DNA of 64,000 nucleotides from the NCBI GenBank assembly GCA_038087875.1, contig JAXLNO010000563.1, positions 1-64,000 on the forward strand. The letters are read 5' to 3'. Made by a program: the position numbers and the translations under genes. Below are positions 36,906-51,039 of this stretch, piece after piece (position 1 is the stretch's first letter; each line of letters opens with the position of its first letter). The DNA comes from Malacoraja senta. Taxonomy: Eukaryota. The notes below the pieces were generated by a model. That model was not told the origin of the DNA and searched no databases. It was given only the letters and a program-made list of their open reading frames with translations.

Positions 36906-37419
36906 GTGCTACCACAGCTCCCCATAGAGTAATATACATCTACCTATTATTGAGCACAAGAGGGCGCTGTTACTTTTTCTAAATACCTTAATTAATTAGT
37001 GTGCAACTTTTTGCACTGACGAGTTATGAATTCCTTCTGAATGATATCTATATAACTAAAAGTCTCATCATGACCACTTCCTGTCTGCGCTGTATATTGA
37101 TTTTAGAAAAAACGCTACCCTATATCGCTATGATTTTTTGCCATCTTACTCCCAGTCCTCCTCCGCTGAGGCAGCCCTGAGGAGTTTTACGATCGATGAA
37201 AATTGTAAAATCTTGAGATGAGCTGATTGGTCCTCTCGCCTGTCATTCACCACGATGAAGGTAATGCCCTTTCCGGGGGGGCATCCGGGCTATAAAACCT
37301 CGGATGCCTGGATGTGAGTCAGTCACTCTGGAAGATCGCGAGGAAGAGTCCACGACTGTGAATCTAAGCTGTGAATCAAATGAACTGTGAGTCTGCAATG
37401 TACTTGCAATAAATGATTT

Positions 37420-37970
37420 GTTAGGAAGTTGAAATGCAACGAAATTGAATTTGCTGGCCTGCAGTCTGCTTGAAATGCTATGAAATTGAATTTGCTCACC
37501 TGCGCTCTGCTTCAAATGCTATGGAATTGAATTTGATGGCATGCGCCCTGCTTGAAATGCTATGAAATTGAATTTGCTGGCCGGCGCTCTGATTGAAATG
37601 CTGTGAATTTGAATTTGCTGGCCTGCGCTCTGCTTGAAATTGTATGAAATTTAATTTGCTGGCCTGCACTCTGCTTCAAATGCTATGAAATTTAATTTGC
37701 TGGCCTGCGCTCTGCTTGAAATGCTATGATATTTAATTTGCTGGCCTGCGATCTGCTCGAAATGCAATGAAATTGAATTTGCTCCCCAGCGCTCTGCTTG
37801 AAATTCGATGAAATTGAATTTGCTGGCCTGCGCACTGCTTGAAATACAATGAAATTGATTTTGCTGGCCTGCGCTCTGCTTGAAATGCTATGAAATTGAA
37901 TTTGCTGGCCTGCGCTCTGCTTGAAACGCTATGAAATTGAATTTGCTGGCTTGCGCTCTGCTTGAAATGA
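37420..37970. repeat. 41-bp minisatellite, about 13 copies
   Basis: Unit gaaattgaatttgctggcctgcgctctgcttgaaatgctat. Confidence 0.95.
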
Positions 37971-38489
37971 GTGAGTGAGTGAACTGCCAGCCCACCAGCC
38001 GTGAGTCAGTGAGTGAACTGCAAGACCAACTTTGGCCTACCTGAAACCACTCATTTCAGCTCACAAGGCCCCATATTAGCCTAGAAACCAGTCCCTTTTG
38101 CCCAAAATGCCCGTATTTGGCCAGGAAGAGCATTTTGGCCCAAAGGCCCGTGCCAGGCCAGGAAAAGTCCACAAAAAGTGCCTTTCACTGAGGCCACTTC
38201 TTTTTTTTTGTCCCTTCGGCCCATCAGGCATGTAATAGCCCTGGATGAGTCCATTCGGGCCATAGTAAGTATTCCCCCTGTATTAAACCTCACCCCAGTA
38301 TTTTTCTCCCTCCCTTCATTGGCTCCCTGTGAGATCCAGGCCAGGATAGACTTTCCTCCTTCATTGCTGTGATCTCTAGAAAAAGATGAAAAATGTCTAA
38401 AATTGATTCTCCACCTTCACCCCCTTCTCTCTCACAGAGTCTCTCACCTGTTTGGGCAGAATTTCTGGCAGTTTCTGATCTGACAGCCC

Positions 38490-38760
38490 ACCTGCCGTGA
38501 GTAACTGAGCTGCCAGCCCACCAGTCCTGAGTGAATAAGCTGCCAGCCCACCATCCCTGAGTGACTGAGCTGCCAGCAAACGAGCCCTGAGTGATTGAGC
38601 TGCCAGCCCAACAGGCCTGAGTGACTGAGCTGCCAGCCTACCAGGCCTGAGTGACTGAGCTGCCAGACCACCAGGCCTGAGTGACTGAGCTGCCAGCCCA
38701 CTAGGCCAGAGTGACTGAGCTGCCAGCCTACCAGGCCTGAGTGACTGAGCTGCCAGCCCA
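38490..38760. repeat. 30-bp minisatellite, about 9 copies
   Basis: Unit gagtgactgagctgccagcccaccaggcct. Confidence 0.95.
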
Positions 38761-39540
38761 AGAATCCATTCGGAACACAATGTCCATACTAGCCCTCTGG
38801 TAACCAGTCCCTTCGGCCAACAACACCCATTCTAGTGCTCCAGAAAGCTCCCCCACTGGCCACCAATATTGGAATTGGCGGAGAGGTGGAATATTGCGTT
38901 GGGGGACCAGCCCTCCCGTGTGAACATGGGACCGAACAGGTCACACTTACTCTAGTTTTATCTAAATCTGTGCCAAATTTCAAGTAGATACCAGTCATGG
39001 GTCACGAAAGTTAAATTCTAGACACATTTGCGATGTTCGGCCCATGGCCCACAAGGATAAAATGAGAAGATGTGGACCTGTTGTTTTAAAGCTAAGGTGC
39101 CGAACCTGATACTAAGACCAACTCTTACACATAATCCATATCCTTCCATTCCTAGGATATCTGTAAGTTGATCGAAAAGTCCTTAGAACACCACTATCAT
39201 ATCATTCTCATCCATCACCCCTGACAGCACGTTCCAGGCACTCACCACACCTTGTGTAAAAAACTTGCCCCGCACATCTCTTTTAAACTTTGTCCTTCTC
39301 ATCTTAAAGCTATGCCCTCAAGTATTTTTATACATATGGGGAAAAAGCTTCTTACTCTGTATCCCATCTTTGACCTGAAACATTTACTTCTTTTCATTTT
39401 CAACTGATGTTCCCGACCTGCCTGATGTCCCCAGTATTTTCTGTTTTTATTTCAGATTTCCATCATCTGCATTGTTCCTTTACATACATGAGATAAGGGA
39501 AGCCAGAATACCTCAAAGGGAGTGGGATTATTAAATATAA

Positions 39541-42500
39541 TAGTAAGATTAAACGAGAACTTACCAGTTTGAAGTTTGATCTGCATTTTATGAGGAGTTA
39601 CGATGAGGGATTATGTGAAGAGCCCGTCCAGCACGCATGCGCGACATTCTTCAAAGCAGCGGTGTGGAATCACAGGAAACACAATAATTGAAATAAACAT
39701 AGTAAAGAAAAGGAGAACTAAGATACCAGTTGATCTATAATTGAGGGTGGGAGCGGAGGGCACGTAATCCCTCATCGTAACTCCTCATAAAATACAGATC
39801 AAACTTCAAACTGGTAAATTCTCGTTTAATCTTACTATTTTACTTCGGAGTCACGTGAGTGACTACGTGAAGATTTTAAAGCTCTGTGATTTCAAACCGT
39901 GTAACAGTTCATACTTCACTCGCTGCCGAAGTCATTCAAGGGAGGAAGTATGTTATCGTAATCAACCATAATCTGTTTGTAAACAATAATGGTATCTATT
40001 AAACAATAACAAAAGACAAAATGCTCCCCCGGGCTTAAATTATATATTTTTGCAGATTCTAAAACTCTTTCTGCAAATAACACAGGTTCTGCTAGCGGCT
40101 TGTTGTAGAACGCTTGGAACGTTTTCTCCATGTTCATTCTTTTAGCTGCCGATGTGGATGCTGCCCTGGTGGAGTGAGATGTATATACATCAGTATCTAC
40201 TCCAGCAGTTCCCAGTACCTGCTTGAGCCATCTTGAGATGGTTTGCCTCGACACCCAACCATGAGGTTTCTTGTGGTTGACCCATAAGGCTTTTTTTTGT
40301 TTTGTTTTTTGTTGCTTTTTTCTCCCTCGAGAATCTCTTGTTGTGTTGATGTAAGTGAATAAGTGAGTCATGACACACAACCGTAGGTCAGGTGGGTATC
40401 CCCGGAAATCCATAACTAGGACTCAAGTTCCTGGCCTGCTCTGCTTTAGCAGCTCCTGAATGGTGAATGAGACCCGGTCTGGTGTTATAACCATGTTGTC
40501 CAGTCGCAGTAAGTGGAGGGACTGGACTCTTTGTGCTGAGACTAGTGGCATCAGCATGACTGTTTTCAGGGTTAGCTATCCAGGGTGAGAGACCTGGCTG
40601 GGGACCATCCCCTTAGGTATGTCAGGACCACACTGACATCCCAGATTTGGGTATACCTAGGTCTAAGAGGGTTGGAGTTGACTATACTCCTCATGAGTTT
40701 GATCACCAGCGGGTGAGATCCTATGGCCTGTTGTCCTGGCACCTGTTTTAAGTAGGCTGACAGCGCATGTCTGGCAGTATTGATGGCGCTGTAGCTCAAT
40801 CCTTCATTATGGTTTAGGCCCCCCCAGGAACTCCAGTACATTGGTTATGGTTGCAGATGAGTAGTCGAGCAGTATCTTTCCCACTTCCTGATGCTCGATA
40901 GGTATTGTTTCCTGGTGGACATACGGTGTCATCATGTTGATGGTCCTGTCAGACAATCCCAGTCCCAGCAGTGGTCTTTTGATAATCTGCAACCCAGTAG
41001 GTTAATTTTGTCATGGCATGGATGACTTATGCCTGATACAGGGTGCGTCAATAGGTCTGGGCTACTGGGAAAGGTCATAGGAGTTTCGATGACCATGTCG
41101 AGGACCACTGGGAACCATGGCTGTGTAGGCCAGTTGGTACTATCAAAATACTTGAAGCAGAGTCCATCTGTATTTTGCGTAGTACCCTACAGATTAAGGC
41201 AGAAGGGGGAAAAGCATAGAAGAAATAGGTCCCCCAGTTCAGCGCGAATGCATCTATCGCTGCTGCCTCAGGGTGTGGTTCCCAAGGGACATACATTGGT
41301 ACGTGGTGATTTAGTCTGGATGCAAAGAGATCGATATCTGGTGTGCCATATTGCTTTGTAATTTTAGCAAAAGCTCTAGGATTTAACATGCATTCGGTGT
41401 TTATCATTGAATTTGCGTGACCTGGCACTGTATTTAGCTTACCTGGTAGGTAAGTTGCTGATAGCCAAATATGTCTATCGACCCACCATTACCAGATTGT
41501 GCTGACCACATTGTCACATGATATCGATTTTATTCCGCCCATATGGTTAATACAGGCCACCACCGTGATATTATCAATTTGTAAACGAACATGCAAATGG
41601 TGCATATTCCTAGAATATGCTTTTAAACCATAAAACACACCCAACATTTCCAAATAATTTATGCCCAGTGTTTGTAGTAAAGATGATTCTAGGTTAGTCC
41701 ATCTACCACCTGTGCTGGATATGGTATTAGTTGCTCCCCAGCCTTGAGCACTGGCATCTGTTTGTATAGTTAACATTGGGTTATTGATGATGATAGGGCT
41801 GGAACTATGCCAAATGTGTTATATCCACCATTGTAACTCTGATATTGCTTCAATGGGTAGTTTCATGGTTCGGTCAAAGTGACCTGCATGTCGTTTCAAC
41901 GCCTGTACTTTTGCCCTTTGTAGGTGCTGATAGTGCAGGGGTCCAAATTGTGTAGCTGGAAATGCTGCTACCATTTTGCCAATTACTCTTGCCACTTGTC
42001 GGATGGTTGGTCGATTGCTTACCATTAAATTGTTGCACGTCTGTGCCAATTCTGCTGCTTTACCTTTTGGTAATGTTACAGACATGTGGACTGAGTTAAC
42101 TGTGTATCCCAGATAGTCCATAGTTGTGGATGGCGTCAACTTAGATTTATCTGGATGTATGACAAAACCCAGGGTTTCAAACAATTGTTTGGTAGCTAAT
42201 ACAGCTGCTTTAGCCAACTCCATGGTTTTGCCTACTATTAGGATATCATCAAGTTATGCCATGACAATATGTCTTTGTTTCCTTAATGTTGCCAAGGCTG
42301 GTTTTAATATCTTGGTAAATAGTCTAGGGCTGATGTCAACCCATTAGGAAACGCTTTATACTGCCATAGTTGCCCCATCCAGGTACATTTCAGGTATCTG
42401 CAATGACCCTTATGAATGGGTACTGAATAGTAGGCATCTTTTAAATCAATGCTTGCCATAAAGTATCCTTTGGAAATCAGTTGTTTGGCAGTTACAAATG

Positions 42501-44277
42501 TTTCCATTTTGAAATGTACATACTTAACAAAAGTATTTAGTGAGGTTAAGTCAATGATGATGCGACATCCACCATCTTTTTTGCTTTTGGTAAATATAGT
42601 TGAGACAAATTCCAAAGGTTCATGTTTGGATTTCTCAATGACACCCTTTGTAAGTAACCTTACCAGTTCTGCTTGAGCCTCAAGTTTCTCTTTGACTGAG
42701 AGGGTAAAGACCCTTTGAGGTACGTGCTGAACTGGTGGCATGTTTTCTTGAATGAACTCTATTTTGTATCCCCGAATACAGTTAAGTATATAACTATCAT
42801 TCGTGAGACACCTCCATGCTTCAATGTACAGGTGTAATCTCCCCCCTGTTAGTACAGTTCCCCCACTTTTACATGCTGGTAGGAACCAGACCCACCTACC
42901 TCCATAGTTATGGTAGTGTTCCTTTCTTCTGTTTGTTCATCCGTCGTTGTACTGCTGGATGTACTGCTGATTGGGGGTGGCGCATTTTCCATGGGGTCCG
43001 CTCTGGGCCCTAGCCTAAAAAGGCTTTTGGGGATAGTATGCGGACCCCGAGCTTTCACCAGTTCCATAAATTTGACCTCGACTGGTGGACGCGGTGGGGT
43101 ACTGCAGTCTGTTTTTTTGTGTGGGTCTGCTCGTTCGGGGCCTGCCCTCATGAGGCCAAATGCTTTGGACTCTTCCTCTAGGTCTTTCACTTGTCCATCC
43201 AAATAACAGGATCTGCGGCTCTGAGGCCGGTGTTTTACACAGTCCTGCAAACCTGGGATTGAGGGCAGGTCTTATTCTCTCCTTGCGGAGGTTGTTTATC
43301 TCATATTGGGTGTTGCACAGCAGAGCCAGAGTGTCTTGCTGGTTTGTGGTCATATCCACCCCATCCACGGAACGAGCATAGGATGTTATCCCTGTTATCA
43401 GGAGCTTGAGGATGCGTTGTAATTTTAGCTCCTGGCTCCGGACCCTCTGTCCAACATACCCCCCCTGATTTTTTAGGGGTTTGGGGGACAGGTGGGTAAT
43501 GCTGGCCGCCAGATTTGGCTGCAACGGCCGCCCTGCTCGTGCTGTAACCACGTAGCGAATCTCCACACCCAGCAGCTCTTCCTGATCCTGTACCCCAAGC
43601 GTACTCCCGACATCTTCAGCCAATGACCTCTGTTGCTGACCAGCCCAGCCCCTGGTCGCCAACGCTGCCCTCGGCTGAGGGGAAAGCGATGGCCAGTGCA
43701 TTGTAGAGCACTGATGTGGGAGTGCCTGAGTTCCCCTGGCGAGACTGCTCCAGCTCCCGAAGCAAGTCTCGCTGGAGCATTTGTTCCATGAGCCTTTCCA
43801 TGCGGCTCAGGCAGCTAGCTCTGCCACTCTAAGGTGGAGAGCCCTCCTCATCGGAGTGAGACATAACCGGCCGGTATGTTTTTTGCCTTGATTTGCCTCC
43901 AGCTGTTCATCAGGCTGCGCTAGCGGGACTGGGCTCGGCTCGGTCTCGATGAGGGTGGACCGCAGCATATGCGGTCCAGGTGCCGCCTCTCGCCCCCCAC
44001 TGATGGGACACTCCCGTTCTGTTGGATTCGAACGGGGGGCGGTTTTCTTCCTTTGCCGTGCTTTACTAATTTTTCCCAGTTTCCCTGGAATACAGAGCAG
44101 AGCACAGCTTGCTGATTACGACCTCAGAGTAAGACTTACCTGATGGTCCGCTGTTTAAACTTGTAGCGGGAGCGCCTGAACTCCCGGTCGTCGCTGTTGC
44201 ACTGCGTGAACGCTAATGTCGCGCATGCGTGCTGGACGAGCTCTTCACGTACTCACTCACGTGACTCCGAAGTAAAA
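39541..44277 (-). mobile_element. DIRS retrotransposon #2 (same family as #1), inserted in the second Ig-like exon of unit 2
   Basis: RT 42304..42741 and 41819..42223; RNaseH TDAS 41489..41776; MT 41075..41428; YR 39916..40841; same ITR/ICR termini. Confidence 0.95.
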
Positions 44278-44570
44278 TTGGTCTTTCCATGCTCAACTTC
44301 CTGATACAATTGTTCAGACATCAATGGAATCGCACACAGAGTAATGTCACCAGGTCCATCAGAGGGATAGAATCCAGCAGCATTTCCATAATGTATCAGC
44401 TGCCATTTCTTTGGCATTGTTCGACCTTGCCACAAGGATACTGGATCAAAAACATCTTCACAAAGGTGTTAAATTTGTTTAACCTGGATTAAAGTGACAT
44501 AATCTGTCTGGAAATTAGTCTCGATGTCCTGGCAGGTGTTTGTTATACGTGGCACCTTATTTCCAGAATT
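44278..44570 (+). pseudogene. 3' part of the second Ig-like exon of unit 2 (5' part at about 39490-39540)
   Basis: QWNRTQSNVTRSIRGIESSSISI...VLNLFNLD*SDIICLEISLDVLAG; homologous to 62451-62740. Confidence 0.5.
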
Positions 44571-44835
44571 AAAATCCCAAATTACCTCAATAACAGAGCA
44601 ATGCAAACTTGTCTCCTCTCTGTGTTTCAACTTTGGTTGTCTGAGCAATGAGACAAAGAAAAGTCTGGCTCTATAAACACATCTACCTTGAATCCGTGTT
44701 TTATATAGGACCAACTCTCCAGACTCACTTCTTTGACTGTACCGCAAAGTGCCCATTGACATTGCAAGGTTACAGTAGCTCGTAGTTTCCTAGTCTCTGC
44801 CACTTCTCACACTTTACCTCTCACTCTTACTTCAG

Positions 44836-44930
44836 GGAATTATTGAAAGTCACAACACTTTGCAGCCTTTGTGACTTTGGGCATTGTAGTATACTGGAGG
44901 ATTTGTCTGCATTGGAACTACAGGCATTTA
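44836..44930 (+). pseudogene. Possible decayed transmembrane exon
   Basis: Long polypyrimidine acceptor ending cttacttcag|; the phase-1 frame reads GNY*KSQHFAAFVTLGIVVYWRICLHW. Confidence 0.3.
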
Positions 44931-46996
44931 TAGTCAAACGGTACAATAGTCAACAAGGGAAAATGAGCTGGAGTAACGCAGCGGAACAGGCAGCATCTTT
45001 GGATAGTAGGAATGGGTGATGTTTCCTGCAGCTTGTAGCCCCTAATGTAGGCATCATTCTGGCTGATCTATCTCTCCCTCTGAACCCCATTCTCCTGCAT
45101 CCTCCCCATAACCCATGACACATGTACTAATTGCAAATCTACCTATCTCTGCCTTAAACATATCCACTTACTTGGCCTCCACAGCCTTCTGTGGCAAAGA
45201 ATTCCACAGATTCACCACCGTCTGAATTTAATCTAGAGATGCTGCCTGACCCACTGAGTTACTCCGTCATTTTGTGTCTATTATTGATGTGAACCAGCAT
45301 CTGCAGTTCCTTCCTACACAGCGAAAATTGGCTGTTGGGTTGCCTTGAACATTAATGGTTATCTTATATTATAACATAGAGAAAACTTCCTGTCTTCTTA
45401 CTCCTAACTCAATCCCATTTGGGTAATGTACATGAATATTTTTTTGAACTACATTCCATTACACCACATTCTTGCACCACTCTGTTGCTTTGCACTCACC
45501 CTTCTGTTTATTGTGGTGTTGATCATCACTGTGTGAATACTGTTACACTGTGATTTTCATTTGAACAAGAAATTTCATTGCAGCCTGGTGTATCTGACAA
45601 AATGTGAATCCCATTCTGCTCACTGCCTTCAGCTGCACCAACCACACTATCTCCTTCATCCCAGAACATTGAACGAAAGAAGATTCACACTTGCCATCTA
45701 TTCTCCCCACTCAAGAGGCCACATTGTTTGATGTAATATTTCAAATATTGCCAAACTCAACAAACTTTGATTAACAATCTTTCATCTTTCCCTGAACTAA
45801 AATAATACTTGATATTTTTCATGAGATGATTTACTTTGAGCTGAGACATTTTTAGACTGAAAAGGGAAATAATTGTGTAGTCAGTGATCTGGAAAGGATG
45901 TGATCCGGCAAGATTCTTGCCCTCTGTTTTCCACTGGGACAAAGTCTAGAGGGAGTGAGGATGTGGAGAATCTGAGTAAACTGAGTCCATGTATGTTGGA
46001 GATAGACACAGCAGGTACAGAACCTTTTCATACTTCTAGTTTCCCTCTCCCCTAACACTCGAAATGTCACCCATTCCTTCTCTCCAGAGACGCAGCCTGT
46101 CCCGCTGCGTTACTCCAGCATTTATTGTCGATCTTTGGTATAAACCAGCATCCTTCCTACAACCAAGGATCCTGGAATTTGGAATCATTGACCCTTGGAG
46201 TGCTGAATCTGAGGACAACGATAGTGTTCTGGGAGAGAGGATGAGTTGTAACATATGGAACAACCCACCACTGGTGTTACATCACTGGGAATTTCACAGC
46301 CTGACGGAGAGAGGTGGATTCATGTAGAAAATCAGAGACTTCCCTGGCAACCTCCTGTGAAGAGTGCTTTGTAACTTCAGGCTTCATTACCTCCTGCCCA
46401 ACTCATCAGTGAGAAAGGACCTGACCCAGATGGCGAGGAGCTTGATGATAGATGTTACCTTCCTGAGGCAACACTTCATTCAAGTGCTTTTCATGGTGGA
46501 TATGGCTGTATCCATGATGGGCTGCGATGAGACCACCGCTCTCTGCAGCCTAATGCCCCTCTGTATTCTACATTCCGTGAGGACTGAAGGAAAAATTTAA
46601 AGATTTTTTGGGTTTGAACATGCCAATTATGTGAGGCCTCTGATGCAAGAGTGTGACGTAATCTGTGAGGAGAGGTTTAGTTTAGTTTCATATTATTGAC
46701 ACGTAGACTACCATGGTACAGTAAAATGCTTTTTTGTTGTGTGCTATTCAGTCAGCAGAAGACTATACATGATCAAAATCAAGCCGTCCACAGAGTACAG
46801 ATACAGGACAGGGAATAACGTTGAGTGCAAGATAAAATCCAGTAGATTCCGATTCAACATATTCCGAGGGTATTCAATGTATTTGTCGAAATAGACTGCT
46901 CTATTTCACTACTCGGACAATTAACATTGAAAGTTACAGAGGAGGTTTTGTATGTGAGGTGTTTAGTGGTGTTGGGATATTAATGCTGGAACATTA

Positions 46997-48010
46997 AATT
47001 CAATTCCTTTATTGTCATCTTGCAAGCAACAGTTGTACAGTGCAAAACGAAAAGACGTTTCCCAGGGAATACCGGAGCATCGCACATGACGTTTAAAACA
47101 TTTCACACATAATAACACTGAAAACAAAAACAATCCAGTCCCTGATGGAACAGTATAAAGTTAAAATAGATAAAAACAATGTTAAAATACAGTAAGACCA
47201 ATCATAAACATGTCCGGGGTGGCTGATTTGAGTGGCCAGTGCCAGTGATTGAAGTGGCCAGTGCCAGTTATTATAGTGTCCGTGCCAAGCCGCAGAATCA
47301 GGTGACTGTGAGTACAGAGTGGCTGTTTAGCAGCCTCACAGCATATGGCAGGAAGCTGTTTAGCAGTCTTGTAGTCCGGGCTTTGATGCTGCGATATCTC
47401 TTGCCTGATGGCAGGAGATCCAGGTGTATGTGGAGGGGGTGCAGTTTGTCCTTAGCAATTCTCTGTCTGAGCAGTTGCAGGTGGAGTACCACATATTTAA
47501 ACAATACGTGAGTACAAACTCCACCGTACCCCTGTAGAAAGTTCTGAGGGTGTTGGTGGGGAGTGAGGCCTGTTTTAGTTTCCTCAGGAATGCAGTCACT
47601 GATGGGCCCTTTTGACGGTCCCAGTGGTGTTTCTGGACCATGTGAGGCTGTCTGTAATTTGCACCCCGAGGAACTTTATGCTCTCCACTCTCTCCACTGT
47701 GGCGCCACTGATGTTAAGGGGTGCATTCTTTGGCTGCGCCGTCCTGAAGTCGACAACCATCTCCTTTGTTTTGTCGACGTTTAATGCTAGATTATTTTTG
47801 CCGCACCATTCCACTAGTTGTTTTACTTCCTCCCTGTACATTGATTCATCATCTCCGCTGATGAGTCCCACCACTGTTGTGTCATCCGCGAAATTTTACG
47901 ATCTTATTGTCCCTGAATCTGGCAGCACAGTCATGTGTGAGCAATGTGAACAACAGCGGGCTGAGCACACAGCCTTGAGAGGAGCCGGTGCTCAGCGTGA
48001 TCGAGCCTGA
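46997..48010 (-). mobile_element. 5'-truncated Rex1/Babar copy, near-identical to 4985-6103
   Basis: Shared 3' UTR and RT C-terminus; absent from the partner arm. Confidence 0.95.
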
Positions 48011-48011
48011 A

Positions 48012-48358
48012 GGTGCAAATGAGGACAAACACCTGCCAGAACATCGAGACTAATTTCCAGACGGTTGATATCACTCTGCACTACGTTAAGCAAATTTCAC
48101 ACATTTATAAAGATGTCTTTTGATCCAGTGCTCTTCAGGAAGGAACGTATATTGCCAGCTGAAAGAACAGCTGATATGGAAATGCTGCCTGGTTCTATCC
48201 CTGTGATGGTCTTGGTGGAATTAACTCTCTGGCTGCTGATTCCATGGATGTCTGAAAAATTGTACCAGGTATTTGTGCAAGAACAGACCCATTATATCCA
48301 ACAACCCCTCTCCTCACTGTGCTTTCCAGTATACCTGGAAATTGTTTTACTCACAATT
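48012..48358 (-). pseudogene. Second Ig-like exon of unit 4, with an empty DIRS target site
   Basis: The reverse complement reads ...ggggttgttggatataatgggtctgttcttgcacaaatacc... uninterrupted. Confidence 0.55.
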
Positions 48359-48832
48359 GAAAAATAAGAAAAGTGCCAATGTTAAAAGTTAATTTTTATT
48401 TGTAGAGATAATGGAAGGTGGTATGGATGGAACAGAAGGAGTATCTGTGAAAGGGGAGAACAGATGAAATGGGCAAATAGGTGCAATTAGAAACTCATTA
48501 TGCTTCCTTGTCTGTGTTGCATGTGCCTAAGAGCAGGTCTGTGGGGCTGACCCAGCTGGTCAGGCTGGGGTAATGGAGAGAGAGAATCTGAACCAATCTC
48601 ACAGATGGATGACCTAGAGCAGAAATAGCCACACTGATACAGAGAGTGTGAGTGAGGTATGAGTTACCTGAAGTTGGGGACGTCAATGTAGTCTGGACAT
48701 CCCCGTACACTCACCAATGTGCAGCCTGTTTCTGCTCTAACTCCATCTACAAGTCTTCAGGTGGCACCACTGTGGTGAGCAGGATTATGAACAATAATGA
48801 GATGGCGATCTACAAGAAAAAGAGACCGAGAG

Positions 48833-49652
48833 CTACAAGATACAAGATACATTTATTTGTCACATGTGCCAGATGGCACAGTGAAATGTGATTATCATAC
48901 AGCCATACAATAAAAATAAAGAACACAACACACAATAGAATTCAACATAAAAACATCCCCACACAGCAGAATCAAAGTTTCCCACTGTGAGGGAAGGTAC
49001 CAAAGTGAGTCATCTTCCTCTAATGTTCCCCAATGTTCACCCATGGTCTGGGCCTCCCCAGCCCTCCGCAATCGCCGCTACGGGCGGCCTGATGTTCAGG
49101 CCCGCTCGCCGGGATGATGTAAGTCCGACGTCGGGGCTGGGGGACCTTCTCAGCGGCCTGGACATCAGAGTCAGCCACCTCCTACCAGACTCCGCGTCTC
49201 CCAAAGTCCGCAGTCAGCGCTGGGCGGAGATGCAACACTGGCGGCCCTCGGCAAAGGGCCCCAGGACCGCGATGACGGTCAGCGCCGCACGCGTTGGAAG
49301 CTCTCCCAAACCGCAGCTCCACGATGTTGGACCAACGGCCCAACGCTCCGGAGCTCATAATGGCAATCCTGGTAGGCATCGCTCGCTCCGTGGAGAATTC
49401 AGCGCTGCGCTGCCGCTGTTGTCGCTCTGGTCCGGTTCCCGGTCCCCAGCAGGAGAGGCCGCTCCGATCCAGATCAGAGGAGGGCGAGGATGCGACTCGG
49501 AGAAATAGTCACGTCCCCGCCAGGAAGCGACTGAGAAGCGGTTTCCCCCTTACCCTGCCCCCCTCCCCCACATAGAAAAGTTAAATTTTCCCCCCAAAAC
49601 AGACTTTAAACTAACTAAAAATAAAAAAAAAGATTGAAAAGACAAACAGGCT
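48833..49652 (-). mobile_element. GC-rich non-autonomous retroelement
   Basis: tacaagatacaagatacatttatttgtcac tail, GC-rich body and an A-rich block like 22380-22470; absent from the partner arm. Confidence 0.6.
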
Positions 49653-49803
49653 ACTATACCACCTTCAATGTGGCGCCCCTGGTGGTATAGTAGTATAGTC
49701 TCAGGACAACAACCTCTCCCTCAATGTCAGCAAGATGAAGGAGTGAGTTTGGGAACAGCTCTGCACAAGACCATAAACAATTACAGAGAGTGTAGATGTA
49801 GCC

Positions 49804-50125
49804 TGATAATTGCTCGTTTCTAAGCTTCACCCAGTCTAGTTTCAGTAAAAACACTGAATCAAACACTTGAATCAACTAAATTTTATTTTACCAAAAATGA
49901 GTGCCACAGATCACACACTGTACCTATCCCACCGCGGGTTCGATCCCTGCGTATATCTGTTCAAGCCCTCTAGGCCTCATGCAGACAGAGGCACTCCAGA
50001 AGGATACGCGGTCCCGAGCGCTCTTCCAGAAGATTGACGCTGAGCCTCGTGATCATGGACTTTTATATGTCCCGCGAACTCGAGGGCCGAACCACACGGG
50101 GGTTGTCTCTTAATCATCCAATTAC
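49804..50125 (-). mobile_element. Truncated LTR, same family as 23148-24229
   Basis: Reverse complement of 23910-24229. Confidence 0.85.
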
Positions 50126-50214
50126 AATTCCTTCTTCCTTTACTTATTCCTTAGTCATTCCTTCTTCCTTTACTTATTCACAAAGTAAAAGGCAGCTTTC
50201 CAAACTTTTATCAT

Positions 50215-50520
50215 GTAAAGTAGGTAATATCTGATCATCTGACGGTGATCAATTCTACAAATGGCATCAGGAAGATCTGATATTGCAGAAGAATGGATTT
50301 TCTTTTTTTACATTATGCTCAGGTTCAAATTCCGAAGTGTGTCTCTGACAACCTACTCCATCTCAGTTGGTGATTCAGACTTAACCATAGATGGGGAGGT
50401 CCAGATCTCAGACTTGGATGCTGGTGGATTGGGAACACCACTCCCCCATCACTCACAAACCCATGACCATCCTCACTGCTGACTCCACCTTCCCCAGACC
50501 TCGCTGTCCAGCAACAGTTA
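50215..50520 (-). pseudogene. Degenerate CD2/SLAM-like V exon (unit 4)
   Basis: The reverse complement matches 20835-21150. Confidence 0.5.
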
Positions 50521-50677
50521 ACACACCCGACCATTTATTTCTTGCCCACAGACAAGAGGCAACAGCATTGTAGTGGGAGCCGGAGGGGACCAGAGAGAGC
50601 CTGCAACTTGTTCTTCACTCAGTCAGATCACAGGTATTCTAAGCTTGGTCTTGATTCTGTGTGATCCTGACCTAACC

Positions 50678-50708
<31 letters not shown>

Positions 50709-51039
50709 ACACATACACACTTTATAGAGCCGAGGCCGCATTTAGAAACATAGAAAAATAAGTGCAGGAGTATACCATTCAGCGATTTGAGCCCGCACCG
50801 CCATTCAATATGATCATGGCTGATCATCTAAAATCAGTACCTTTAGCCCGTAAGAGCTAAACCTAATTCTCTCTTGAAAGCATCCAGTGAATTGTCCTCC
50901 ACCACCTTCTGTGGCAGAGAATTCCACAGATTCAAAACTCTCTGGGTGGGGAAAGTTTTTCTTCATCTCAGTCCTTATTTTTAAACTGTGACCCCTGGTT
51001 CTGGACTGCCCCAACACCGGTAACATTTTTATATGCAAT

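Larger units (their letters stand above)
37047..38955 (+). mobile_element. Non-autonomous Helitron carrying minisatellites
   Basis: A|TCTATATAACTAAAAG ... gggaccgaacagggtcac hairpin ... CTAG|T; inserted between A and T with no TSD. Confidence 0.8.
45748..50666. repeat. Left arm of the second inverted duplication (partner 56521-64000+)
   Basis: ORF pairs 45757..45942(-)/63757..63993(+), 46064..46327(+)/63407..63634(-) and 48652..48891(+)/57434..57622(-). The inner ends attctgtgtgatc and gatcacacaggat are complementary. Confidence 0.95.

Noticed and set aside
37420..38760. CRISPR-like arrays and repetitive ORFs 38397..38780 and 38444..38761
   Set aside because: Head-to-tail minisatellites without unique spacers, in eukaryotic DNA.
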